Source of the DNA: a bacterium
Lineage (GTDB): Bacteria; Patescibacteriota; Minisyncoccia; Phycocordibacterales; Phycocordibacteraceae
Assembly (NCBI GenBank): GCA_030651285.1
Contig: JAUSCN010000013.1
Coordinates: 28,448 to 92,447 of the forward strand
Length of the DNA stretch: 64,000 bases
Direction of reading: 5' to 3'
Shown: piece by piece, positions 18,322 to 25,431 of the stretch
Layout of the letters: each line of letters opens with the position of its first letter
Numbering within the stretch: the stretch's first letter is position 1
Position numbers and translations under genes: made by a program
The notes under the pieces: model-generated
What the model was told of the DNA's origin: nothing
What the model saw: the letters and a program-made list of their open reading frames with translations, nothing else
The model's database searches: none

Positions 18322-19659
18322 TTCGTATCATTGATACGAATGATGGCATACGGCATCTGCCAAATCATAACGACCGTGTAAAAAACTGAGAACAGAGGCA
18401 TAAGATACCAGTATCTTTCTTTCTGCATCAAAAATAGGTACCCGCCAAATAAAAATCCCATGGTGGTTACCCCAAAGATAAAGGCTATGAAAAAAGTCGG
18501 ATTCATAAGCATAATGCTCTTGAATATGACAAGGCCGACAACAATAGGACCTAAGGTGGGAAGAATAAGATTCGTATAAAATGCGGTGGCCGCCAATGGG
18601 TGCTTTCTCCAAATAAACTTGGCAGCCACAGACCCTTCTCGAATCCACGACTTCTTCCAGCGAAGCTGCTGTTTTAGGAATTTATTGTATTTTTCTGGAA
18701 CGATAGTTACAGCCCTTGCCGCCTGACAATATTCGACATCCCGAGTGCGAAGCACGAAATTTGTCAGACTCCTATCATCGCCAAACGTACTTCGTGTCCC
18801 CATGAACATCTGATTACGCCACTCGGCAATCACTGGCAAAACGGCATCCCTTCTGTACGCAGAAAAACAACCTGGGCAACAGGTCACTACCCCGAAAAAA
18901 CTTTCTGAAACCTTGAAGATATCGTACGATACTGCATATCGTATCGACTGCATTTTTGTCAAAAGATTTACTTGATGATTTGCAACTCCAGTATTTCCCG
19001 ACACAGCTCCGACACGCGGGTTTGCAAAATGGTGCACAAGGTGCCGAAGAGCGTCTCTCTTCAAGAAACTATCAGAATCTACGAAAACGATTATCTCATT
19101 TCTTGCAACAGAAACCCCTTCAGACATCGCTTCCCTTTTCCCTTTATTTACGCCCAGAGTAATCGCCTTAACCAGCTTCTCGCCAAAAAACTCACTCGCA
19201 CGCTGCATCTCAGCATAAGTCTTGTCGGTAGATCCATCATCAACAGCAATGCATTCCATTTCCGCTGGATAATCGGATTTCATGCATGTTTCTATCGTCT
19301 CAAAAATAGACTTCTCTTCATTTTTTCCAGCGATGATGAAGCTTACTTTAGGGTAATTGAAATTCGACAGGACATTTCCTGTATGGATATCCTTATCGTC
19401 ATAGAGAAAAGCGAGAGGGAGTCGCGAGAGTAGAAATACCCCCCCCCAGCAAGCTATAGATGTACCAAAAAATTAGTACCCCATCGCCAGTTTCCGTATT
19501 CAAGTAATATGCAACTTTATACAGAGAAATAAGGGACAGTATCGAAAAGAAAAGAAAGAATGCAGGAACAGATGAAATACCGCCAACAAAGCCGACATTT
19601 TTATCCACCGCAAATGGAGTAATTATGTGAGTAGGTTTATACGATGTATTTTGCTGCAT
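18306..19659 (-). pseudogene. processive GT2 polysaccharide synthase (hyaluronan-synthase/NodC-like), split by a frameshift at a G9 tract; possibly phase-variable rather than dead
   Basis: The N-terminal 86-aa two-TM ORF (19399..19659) stops 17 codons after the tract. The +1 frame is open from just 5' of the tract and reads ..VFLLSRLPLAFLYDDKD..YPKVSFIIAGKNEE..AVDDGSTDKT, then FVDSDS, GDDRSLTN, QQLRWKKSW and C-terminal TM helices. Removing one G gives a single 450-aa ORF. Confidence 0.8.
19439..19447. repeat. C9/G9 homopolymer inside the GT2 synthase gene (frameshift site)
   Basis: Nine consecutive C on the plus strand. On the coding strand the sequence reads ctG GGG GGG GGt. Confidence 0.9.
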
Positions 19660-19674
19660 GAGGGTAAATAAAAA

Positions 19675-19698
19675 GGCATGGAGACGTCTCCATGCCTG
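19675..19698. promoter_or_regulatory. 24-nt perfect palindrome in a divergent promoter region, candidate operator
   Basis: aggcatggagac/gtctccatgcct, between the GT2 gene start (19659, minus) and the xth start (19796, plus). Confidence 0.35.
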
Positions 19699-19795
19699 AC
19701 ATAATATGTATCATACAATCATACATATGTCAACTTTTTCATAAAAAATAGAAAATGCAGTGAAAAATGAGTTTTCTCTCTGATATAGTTCTCAT

Positions 19796-20563
19796 ATGAA
19801 AATCGTCTCCTGGAATGTAAACGGCCTACGCTCGCTCGCAAAGGATGGGTACTGGGAATCTTTTTTGAAAGGTACGAAACCCGACATATTTTGCCTACAA
19901 GAGACCAAAGCGAACCCGGAGCAAGTTTCAGAAGCAATGCTCTCCCCTCTTGGATTCCGATCGTTCTTTTCGTCGTGCCAAGTGAAAAAAGGCTATAGCG
20001 GCGTCGCTATTTACTCAAAAATCGAGCCATTAAAAGTAATTTATGGCATGGGAATAAAGGAGTTTGATCAGGAAGGGCGGCTTGTCGGGGCTGAATATGA
20101 GGACTTCTGGCTCATAAACGCGTACTTCCCTAACGGCGGGCAGGGCCCAGAACGACTCGACTACAAAATGCGTTTTTATGATGCTTTCCTCGCATTTGTA
20201 GAGAAACTGCGTAAGCAGAAACCAGTCATATTCTGTGGCGATGTGAATACCGCTCATGAGGAAATGGACCTCGCACGACCAAAAGAAAACTCAGATAACA
20301 CAGGATTCCTTCCCGAAGAGCGTGCATGGATAGACGAAGTGGTGAATGCTGGATATGTAGACTCCTTCCGCCACTTCTATCCACAAACGAAAGACGCCTA
20401 TACCTATTGGGATATGAAGACTCGTGCGCGCGACCGAAATGTAGGTTGGCGCATTGATTACTTCTTTGTCGCACAAGAATTTTTGAAACAATTAAAGAAG
20501 GCGGAAATTCATCCTGACATCTACGGTTCCGACCACTGCCCTCTTTCAATTACACTCTCTTAA
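19796..20563 (+). CDS. xth: exodeoxyribonuclease III
   Basis: MKIVSWNVNGLRS, LQETK, GDVNTAHEEMDL and SDHCP motifs. Confidence 0.92.
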   Translation: MKIVSWNVNGLRSLAKDGYWESFLKGTKPDIFCLQETKANPEQVSEAMLSPLGFRSFFSSCQVKKGYSGVAIYSKIEPLKVIYGMGIKEFDQEGRLVGAEYEDFWLINAYFPNGGQGPERLDYKMRFYDAFLAFVEKLRKQKPVIFCGDVNTAHEEMDLARPKENSDNTGFLPEERAWIDEVVNAGYVDSFRHFYPQTKDAYTYWDMKTRARDRNVGWRIDYFFVAQEFLKQLKKAEIHPDIYGSDHCPLSITLS

Positions 20564-20570
20564 AAGACAT

Positions 20571-20579
20571 TTATCCACA
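20571..20579 (+). promoter_or_regulatory. perfect DnaA-box consensus TTATCCACA
   Basis: Exact 9-mer, 8 nt after the xth stop. Confidence 0.4.
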
Positions 20580-20624
20580 GCGTGTCCTTTACATTGTCCT
20601 TTACTAGAATATCATCAGCAAAGG

Positions 20625-20860
20625 AGGAGAAGTTCTTTTCTAGATCTGTCAGCAAATATCAGTGTCGGCATCACAGTGCTTAGTCACAGGCCCCTGCCCA
20701 CGTCCGCGGCGATCCGCGTTTGAGTTATGGCGCATGGTGTTCCACGTGAAAGCGCAAGTGGTGCAAAAGAAAATAAAAACCACCCTCATTCTCGGGTTGG
20801 AGACCCCATCAAGTACGCCTCAGCTCCTTTTTGTCTCTAACCACCTTGGGTGGTTTTTTT
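20625..20860 (+). ncRNA. candidate small structured RNA of unknown class
   Basis: The spacer between convergent genes is 448 nt. It contains local hairpins (cgcgg-cgat-ccgcg). A possible closing helix pairs AAAGGAG (~20629) with CTCCTTT (~20824). It ends in a canonical rho-independent terminator. No RNase P, tmRNA or SRP motifs were recognised. Confidence 0.2.
20839..20860 (+). terminator. rho-independent terminator
   Basis: aaccacc-ttg-ggtggtt followed by a T-run. Confidence 0.7.
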
Positions 20861-21011
20861 GTTTCTAGAACTAGTCTCAAAAATAATAGCTGCGTTTTAA
20901 CCGCAGACTTTTCATACTCGACAGCACAGTGAGACATTGTACCCGCCAGTACGATGAAGCATCGCATTGAATGTTTCACGTATAACTTACTCTCGGCAGT
21001 GTCATTTTAAG

Positions 21012-22493
21012 TCAACAAACGTGGTGTTTTTCCATTATATGGCGTATTTCCTCATCTTCTGCAGACTCACGACGTTGTTTCCCTGCTTCCCCAAGCTTTC
21101 TAAGGTCCTCATCAGTCATTCCAAGCAGTTCCTCCGTGCGCTTATCGAGGTATTCCTCCGTATTCTTACCGGAATCATCAAGTATTTCCTCAAGAAGCGC
21201 GTTAAGCGTCCAACCTATTCTAGGGCCAGGTTTCACCTGAAACTTAGCCATCAGGCGTGTCCCGTCGGTCTTGAGCATGGTTACTGATATAGGGTCTCTG
21301 AGCGCCTGCTCGACCATAGCCTTATACTTCCTAAATCTAAACGGCTGTTCTTTTGGTCTCCCAGTTCCGATACGGTCGCATATACGGAGATTGAGCAAGT
21401 CCCATACATTCTCCTCTCCGACGTTCTTTATCATCCTTCGTACCGCAGATAGGGTAATCTGCTCAGGATCAGAGAAGAACATGTGCCAGCGAACCAATTT
21501 TACGACCTTTTCTATCGTTTCACGTGAAAAACGCATGTCTTCCAGAGCTTTCTTTGTTACACGTGAACCAACTACCTCATGGCCATGAAAGGTCCAGTCC
21601 TTCTTTTCATCGGACCATCGACGGGTCTCTGGCTTAGAGATGTCGTGATATAAGCCCGCGAGACGCAGATCGAAGCCCCATTCCTTATCTGCAGCATGCT
21701 GCATTGTGCGGAGATTATGCTCAAAGACGTCGTACGAGTGGGCCTGATTCTGTTCCACGCCAATACCGCGCATAAGATCTGGAACAATGAACTCGAGAAT
21801 TCCCAGTCTTTGCGACAAAAGAATCGCGCTCATTGGCTGTCTTGATTTCAGAATTCTTACGAACTCTTCACGAACTCTTTCACGTGAAACGTGGCTTAAA
21901 TGCTTGCTATTTTCGCTTATAGCCGCTGCAGTACCGCTATCTATACCAAACTCAAGCTCAGCAATGAGTCGAACGGCGCGGAGCATACGCAATGCATCTT
22001 CGTTAAAACGCTCTGAAGCATTGCCGACGGCGCGGATAAGTTTGTCCTTTATGTCTTTTTGACCCTCATAGGGATCTACGAACTGTCCTTTAGACTCATC
22101 CATCGCAATCGCATTGATAGTGAAGTCCCGACGAGCCAAGTCTTCGAGTAGGGAAGTGCCAAACTCAACCTTGTCTGGTCGACGCCTATCGGAATAGTCG
22201 GATTCGGTTCGGTAGGGAGTTATCTCGACAATACTTAGCCGAGGATCCTCGGAACCCGTCTTTACACCAACAGTACCGTAATCATTTTCATAGAAAGAGT
22301 CAGGAAATACGGCCTGAATCTGCTCTGGAGTCGCATTAGTGGTGAAATCCCAGTCTTTCGGCTCTCGACCGATAATCAGGTCACGGACACAGCCTCCGAC
22401 CAGATACGAGTCGAATCCGGCACCTCGAAGAGACCCGCCAACCTTTGTTATTTCGACTGGAATACGGTAATCCATGGCAGAATCGTAGCACAA
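21012..22493 (-). CDS. cca: CCA-adding tRNA nucleotidyltransferase with C-terminal HD domain
   Basis: GGCVRD..RDFTINA PolyA_pol head, followed by an HD-domain region (LYHDISKP). The start may be the Met at 22475. Confidence 0.88.
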   Translation of the reverse strand: MCYDSAMDYRIPVEITKVGGSLRGAGFDSYLVGGCVRDLIIGREPKDWDFTTNATPEQIQAVFPDSFYENDYGTVGVKTGSEDPRLSIVEITPYRTESDYSDRRRPDKVEFGTSLLEDLARRDFTINAIAMDESKGQFVDPYEGQKDIKDKLIRAVGNASERFNEDALRMLRAVRLIAELEFGIDSGTAAAISENSKHLSHVSRERVREEFVRILKSRQPMSAILLSQRLGILEFIVPDLMRGIGVEQNQAHSYDVFEHNLRTMQHAADKEWGFDLRLAGLYHDISKPETRRWSDEKKDWTFHGHEVVGSRVTKKALEDMRFSRETIEKVVKLVRWHMFFSDPEQITLSAVRRMIKNVGEENVWDLLNLRICDRIGTGRPKEQPFRFRKYKAMVEQALRDPISVTMLKTDGTRLMAKFQVKPGPRIGWTLNALLEEILDDSGKNTEEYLDKRTEELLGMTDEDLRKLGEAGKQRRESAEDEEIRHIMEKHHVC

Positions 22494-22536
22494 TACACCT
22501 GGTTTTTTCGCGCCCGTACCGTACTATGACATGTAC

Positions 22537-22608
22537 GCCCCGATGGTGAAACGGATATCACGCGACGCTTCGGACGTCGAATTCTGGGTTCGATTCCTGG
22601 TCGGGGCA
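22537..22608 (+). tRNA. tRNA-Arg (anticodon TCG)
   Basis: Hand-folded cloverleaf. Acceptor GCCCCGA/TCGGGGC, D stem GTGA/TCAC, anticodon stem CGACG/CGTCG with loop CTTCGGA, T loop TTCGATT (the T stem has two G-U pairs). No encoded CCA. Confidence 0.85.
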
Positions 22609-22649
22609 CTGGCAATACAAGCGGACGACATGCTACCATATCGCGCAGA

Positions 22650-22720
22650 GCGGGTATGGTTCAATGGTAGAACATCTGGTTGCCAATCAGATGATGGGAG
22701 TTCGATTCTCCCTACCCGCA
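22650..22720 (+). tRNA. tRNA-Gly (anticodon GCC)
   Basis: Acceptor GCGGGTA/TACCCGC, anticodon loop TTGCCAA, T arm GGGAG-TTCGATT-CTCCC. No encoded CCA. Confidence 0.9.
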
Positions 22721-22732
22721 CAGCGAGCATGT

Positions 22733-22766
22733 GAAACCTATCAAAGACTTATCTCTGATAGGTTTC
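22733..22766 (+). terminator. 11-bp perfect-stem hairpin downstream of the tRNA pair
   Basis: gaaacctatca-(12 nt)-tgataggtttc, with no clear T-run. Confidence 0.5.
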
Positions 22767-22816
22767 CGATGGAGTGCGTGCAGGTAAGTAGACTTGCCCA
22801 CACCGAGAGAGGTAAA

Positions 22817-22848
22817 TAGAAAAATGCTGGATATCCAGCATTTTTCTA
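22817..22848. terminator. 32-nt perfect palindrome, bidirectional terminator-like
   Basis: tagaaaaatgctggat/atccagcatttttcta. Confidence 0.55.
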
Positions 22849-22917
22849 TTTCGCCGAACGAAGTACGACCGCACTGAAAGTAGCGCACTAATACGTTGAG
22901 TACCCATGCTTCAAAGA

Positions 22918-23047
22918 TTATTCACTTCTCCACTATTCACAATTGCTGAATTTGTATTCAAATGCTGAAAAACGGCTTAATGACGCTATTTTTCATGTCT
23001 TTTCGCTATATGACATAAGTGGATAAACATGTTCATACTGTGGATAA
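22918..23047. promoter_or_regulatory. DnaA-box cluster in an AT-rich 340-nt spacer
   Basis: Two strong reverse-orientation boxes: agtggataa (23018-23026) and tgtggataa (23039-23047, perfect). Their starts are 21 nt apart. Three forward boxes with two mismatches each lie at 22918-22926, 22926-22934 and 22933-22941. Confidence 0.45.
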
Positions 23048-23081
23048 AAGACAGTGGGACTTTTAGCAAGTCTGTGAAATA

Positions 23082-23507
23082 GTGAGTAACCAGGCCACTT
23101 TTATAAAAGCCGTGAACGTTATTTCTAAAACTCATAGGGAAATAGGAACACTTGGGGAAGCTATAGCCGTGGAATATCTCAAAAGACATGGTTTCTCAGT
23201 TGTTGAGCAGAATGTTTCCCGAAAGACCGGTGAGATCGACATTGTCGCGAGAAACGGGGAAGTGCTACATTTCGTTGAAGTTAAGACGATTCTTACGGAA
23301 GAATTCCCAAAGGAAGGGGATATAGGGGATGCGTATGACCCTTCACTGAATCTCCATGAAACAAAAATTCGTAAGGTGGCACGCACAGGAGAATGGTATA
23401 CGCTTGAGAAGGGGTGGGAAGGAGAGTGGCAGGTAGACGGGTGCCTCGTGTGGATTCGACGGTCAGACGGCATGGCAAAAGTCCGCTACCTGCCACAAAT
23501 CGCGTAG
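23082..23507 (+). CDS. yraN: YraN-family (UPF0102) endonuclease-like protein
   Basis: GEAIAVEYLKRHGFSVVEQNV..GEIDIVARNGEVLHFVEVKT. GTG start as given in the ORF track. Confidence 0.8.
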   Translation: MSNQATFIKAVNVISKTHREIGTLGEAIAVEYLKRHGFSVVEQNVSRKTGEIDIVARNGEVLHFVEVKTILTEEFPKEGDIGDAYDPSLNLHETKIRKVARTGEWYTLEKGWEGEWQVDGCLVWIRRSDGMAKVRYLPQIA

Positions 23508-23527
23508 ATCTGTTACGATGCAAACAA

Positions 23528-23598
23528 CGGGCCGGAGTATGCCGGTAGTACATCTGCTTTGGGAGCAGACAGACCGAGTTCAATTCTCGGCGGCCCGA
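23528..23598 (+). tRNA. tRNA-Pro (anticodon TGG)
   Basis: Acceptor CGGGCCG/CGGCCCG (C1-G72), anticodon stem TCTGC/GCAGA with loop TTTGGGA, T arm CCGAG-TTCAATT-CTCGG. No encoded CCA. Confidence 0.88.
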
Positions 23599-23626
23599 CT
23601 AAATTACATAGAGCAAGTGAGCTAGG

Positions 23627-24751
23627 TCAGCGTGGCAAATTAGCCGTAAGGATTGCTTCGAGTGGTGATATTTTTGGTACGAAATCGGCGACAACTTCCA
23701 AGAGAGGTCTTGTCAGCAGGAGCTCGAGGGAGTTTCCCGTCTCACGAGCATACTCAGCGCGGATATACGAAGCAGTAATTGCGGAGAGGGTACGGGTGTC
23801 CGTCGCCCCCGAGACTGTACTGGTGGTGATAGTTGCGACTAGTGCGCCATCTACTGCACTAGCGACACCCCCGCCCGAGGACCCTTCCTGTGCAGCAGGT
23901 GATCCACCAAGAGAGAGAACATCGATGGTACTCGTCGCGAAGGTGAATATATCCTTCACGGAACCGAATACGACCGTCGGGAAGAGAAACGACTGTATCT
24001 GACTTGATTCAAGGAACTGAGCGCCGTATGAGGCAATGACGATCGGTGTTCCGAGCTGAATGGGCGTGAGCGCGAGTGAAACGGAGGGGAACAGGGAAGG
24101 AAGCGCTGAATTAGTCGCACTTCTTTCTATCGCAAGAAATGCGAAATCGTATTCGCCAGTTCCGGTCGGCGCATCCTGAGCGATGGCTGAGGAATTTTTT
24201 TTGATCCATTCAGGTGAAATGTAGATTGGCACAGCTTTGTAGCTATCTACCGCCGGACTGCCGGTACGGATCGTGCAAGAAACGCCACGATTGGCAAAAA
24301 GGAAATATTGGCCTATATGCGCATTCGTAAGAATGATGCCTTTCGGATCGACAAAGACGCCGCTACCGCTTATGGAGCGCAGTCCGCTGCCCGTAGGGGC
24401 ATAACAGAGGATATTTACGAGCGCGCCCCGCAGTGTTGCCGCAGCTGAGTCATATGAGGCCTGTGTCGCAACCCGAGCTACTGGGGGACCAGAGGAGGAG
24501 GTTTCAATGGGGGCAATTTGCACTTGTGCTGCCTTTTTATTTTTACTGGTGTTTTGCGTGGTCGTTGCTACTTCTTTAGCAGGAATTGTAGTGGGGACTG
24601 ACTCGACAGGAGACGTTGCGACCTCAAGCGCAGGAGTTGTTATGGCAGGCGATACGAACGCTTGAGAAGAAACCCAGTCACTTGAGATCGCTCCGGCAAA
24701 AATAACCAGTGCCAGAGCAGCGATCATGCCAATGTAGGACGTACGATTCAT
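23627..24751 (-). CDS. secreted trypsin-like (S1) serine protease
   Basis: Signal anchor, GSGVFVDPKGIILTNAHI (His block) and GSSGGGV (Ser block). Confidence 0.75.
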   Translation of the reverse strand: MNRTSYIGMIAALALVIFAGAISSDWVSSQAFVSPAITTPALEVATSPVESVPTTIPAKEVATTTQNTSKNKKAAQVQIAPIETSSSGPPVARVATQASYDSAAATLRGALVNILCYAPTGSGLRSISGSGVFVDPKGIILTNAHIGQYFLFANRGVSCTIRTGSPAVDSYKAVPIYISPEWIKKNSSAIAQDAPTGTGEYDFAFLAIERSATNSALPSLFPSVSLALTPIQLGTPIVIASYGAQFLESSQIQSFLFPTVVFGSVKDIFTFATSTIDVLSLGGSPAAQEGSSGGGVASAVDGALVATITTSTVSGATDTRTLSAITASYIRAEYARETGNSLELLLTRPLLEVVADFVPKISPLEAILTANLPR

Positions 24752-24832
24752 TCGTATACGCTAGCGCACAATCGTTCCAAAAAATAGGGTGGGACTTCGC
24801 GCAGAACCGATTTCCTGGTATCCTCGTCCTGA

Positions 24833-24903
24833 AGCGGGACTAGTTTAATGGTAGAACAGAAGGTTTCCAACCTTCTAGTGGGAGTTCGATTCTCCCGTCC
24901 CGC
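24833..24903 (+). tRNA. tRNA-Gly (anticodon TCC)
   Basis: Acceptor GCGGGAC/GTCCCGC, anticodon stem GAAGG/CCTTC with loop TTTCCAA, T arm GGGAG-TTCGATT-CTCCC. No encoded CCA. Confidence 0.9.
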
Positions 24904-24923
24904 ACAAATGACAGGGTTTTGAA

Positions 24924-24958
24924 ATGAAAATCGCGGCGCCAGAGGCGCCGCGATTTTC
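24924..24958. terminator. 16-bp perfect-stem bidirectional terminator between tRNA-Gly and hup
   Basis: tgaaaatcgcggcgcc-aga-ggcgccgcgattttca. Confidence 0.8.
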
Positions 24959-24971
24959 ATTTGAGAGAGCT

Positions 24972-25244
24972 TTATTTCACCGCATCCTTCAATGCCTTTG
25001 CGGCACGGAATTTCGCGGTGCGGGTAGCTGCGATACGGATCGTCTCGCCAGTGCGAGGATTGCGACCTTGGCGCGCTGGGCGTGCCTTCGTCGAGAAGAT
25101 GCCGAGACCTGCGATTGATACTTCATCGCCAGCCTTGAGGCCAGAAACGATAGAATCGATGACCGTCTCGACAGCGCGCTCGGCATCGGCCTTCGTCGAA
25201 CCGAGATTTCCGTGCACCTTGTCGACAATGTCTGCTTTATTCAT
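24972..25244 (-). CDS. hup: HU-family DNA-binding protein
   Basis: MNKADIVDKV..GLGIFSTKARPARQGRNPRTGETIRIAA.. Confidence 0.93.
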   Translation of the reverse strand: MNKADIVDKVHGNLGSTKADAERAVETVIDSIVSGLKAGDEVSIAGLGIFSTKARPARQGRNPRTGETIRIAATRTAKFRAAKALKDAVK

Positions 25245-25384
25245 GGATATCCGCTAATTACTAATCCCGCAGCCTATAGGAGCGGGTATGTGGGAAAGTA
25301 TAGAAAATGAGGCTTTTTTAGCAATAGGCCTTGCCAAGTCCGAGGGGATAGTGCGAAATCACATTTTGTACGCTTATACATAAC

Positions 25385-25413
25385 CCAACATGACGCTAAA
25401 GGCGTCATGTTGG
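25385..25413 (-). terminator. 12-bp stem hairpin downstream of rny
   Basis: ccaacatgacgc-taaag-gcgtcatgttgg. Confidence 0.6.
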
Positions 25414-25431
25414 TTGTATTCCAATCACTAT

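Noticed and set aside
20662-20868. 68-aa GTG-start ORF in the xth-cca spacer
   Set aside because: It has no SD. It runs through the terminator hairpin, and its translation has no protein-like features. The region is treated instead as a possible RNA.
22740-23081. RNase P RNA, tmRNA or SRP RNA in the long spacers at 20.6 kb and 22.8 kb
   Set aside because: I could not find the GAGGAAAGUCC-type CR-I motif, a tRNA-like 3' end with a T-loop, or the GGAAGCAGC-type SRP domain IV motif. Only a covariance-model search could settle this.
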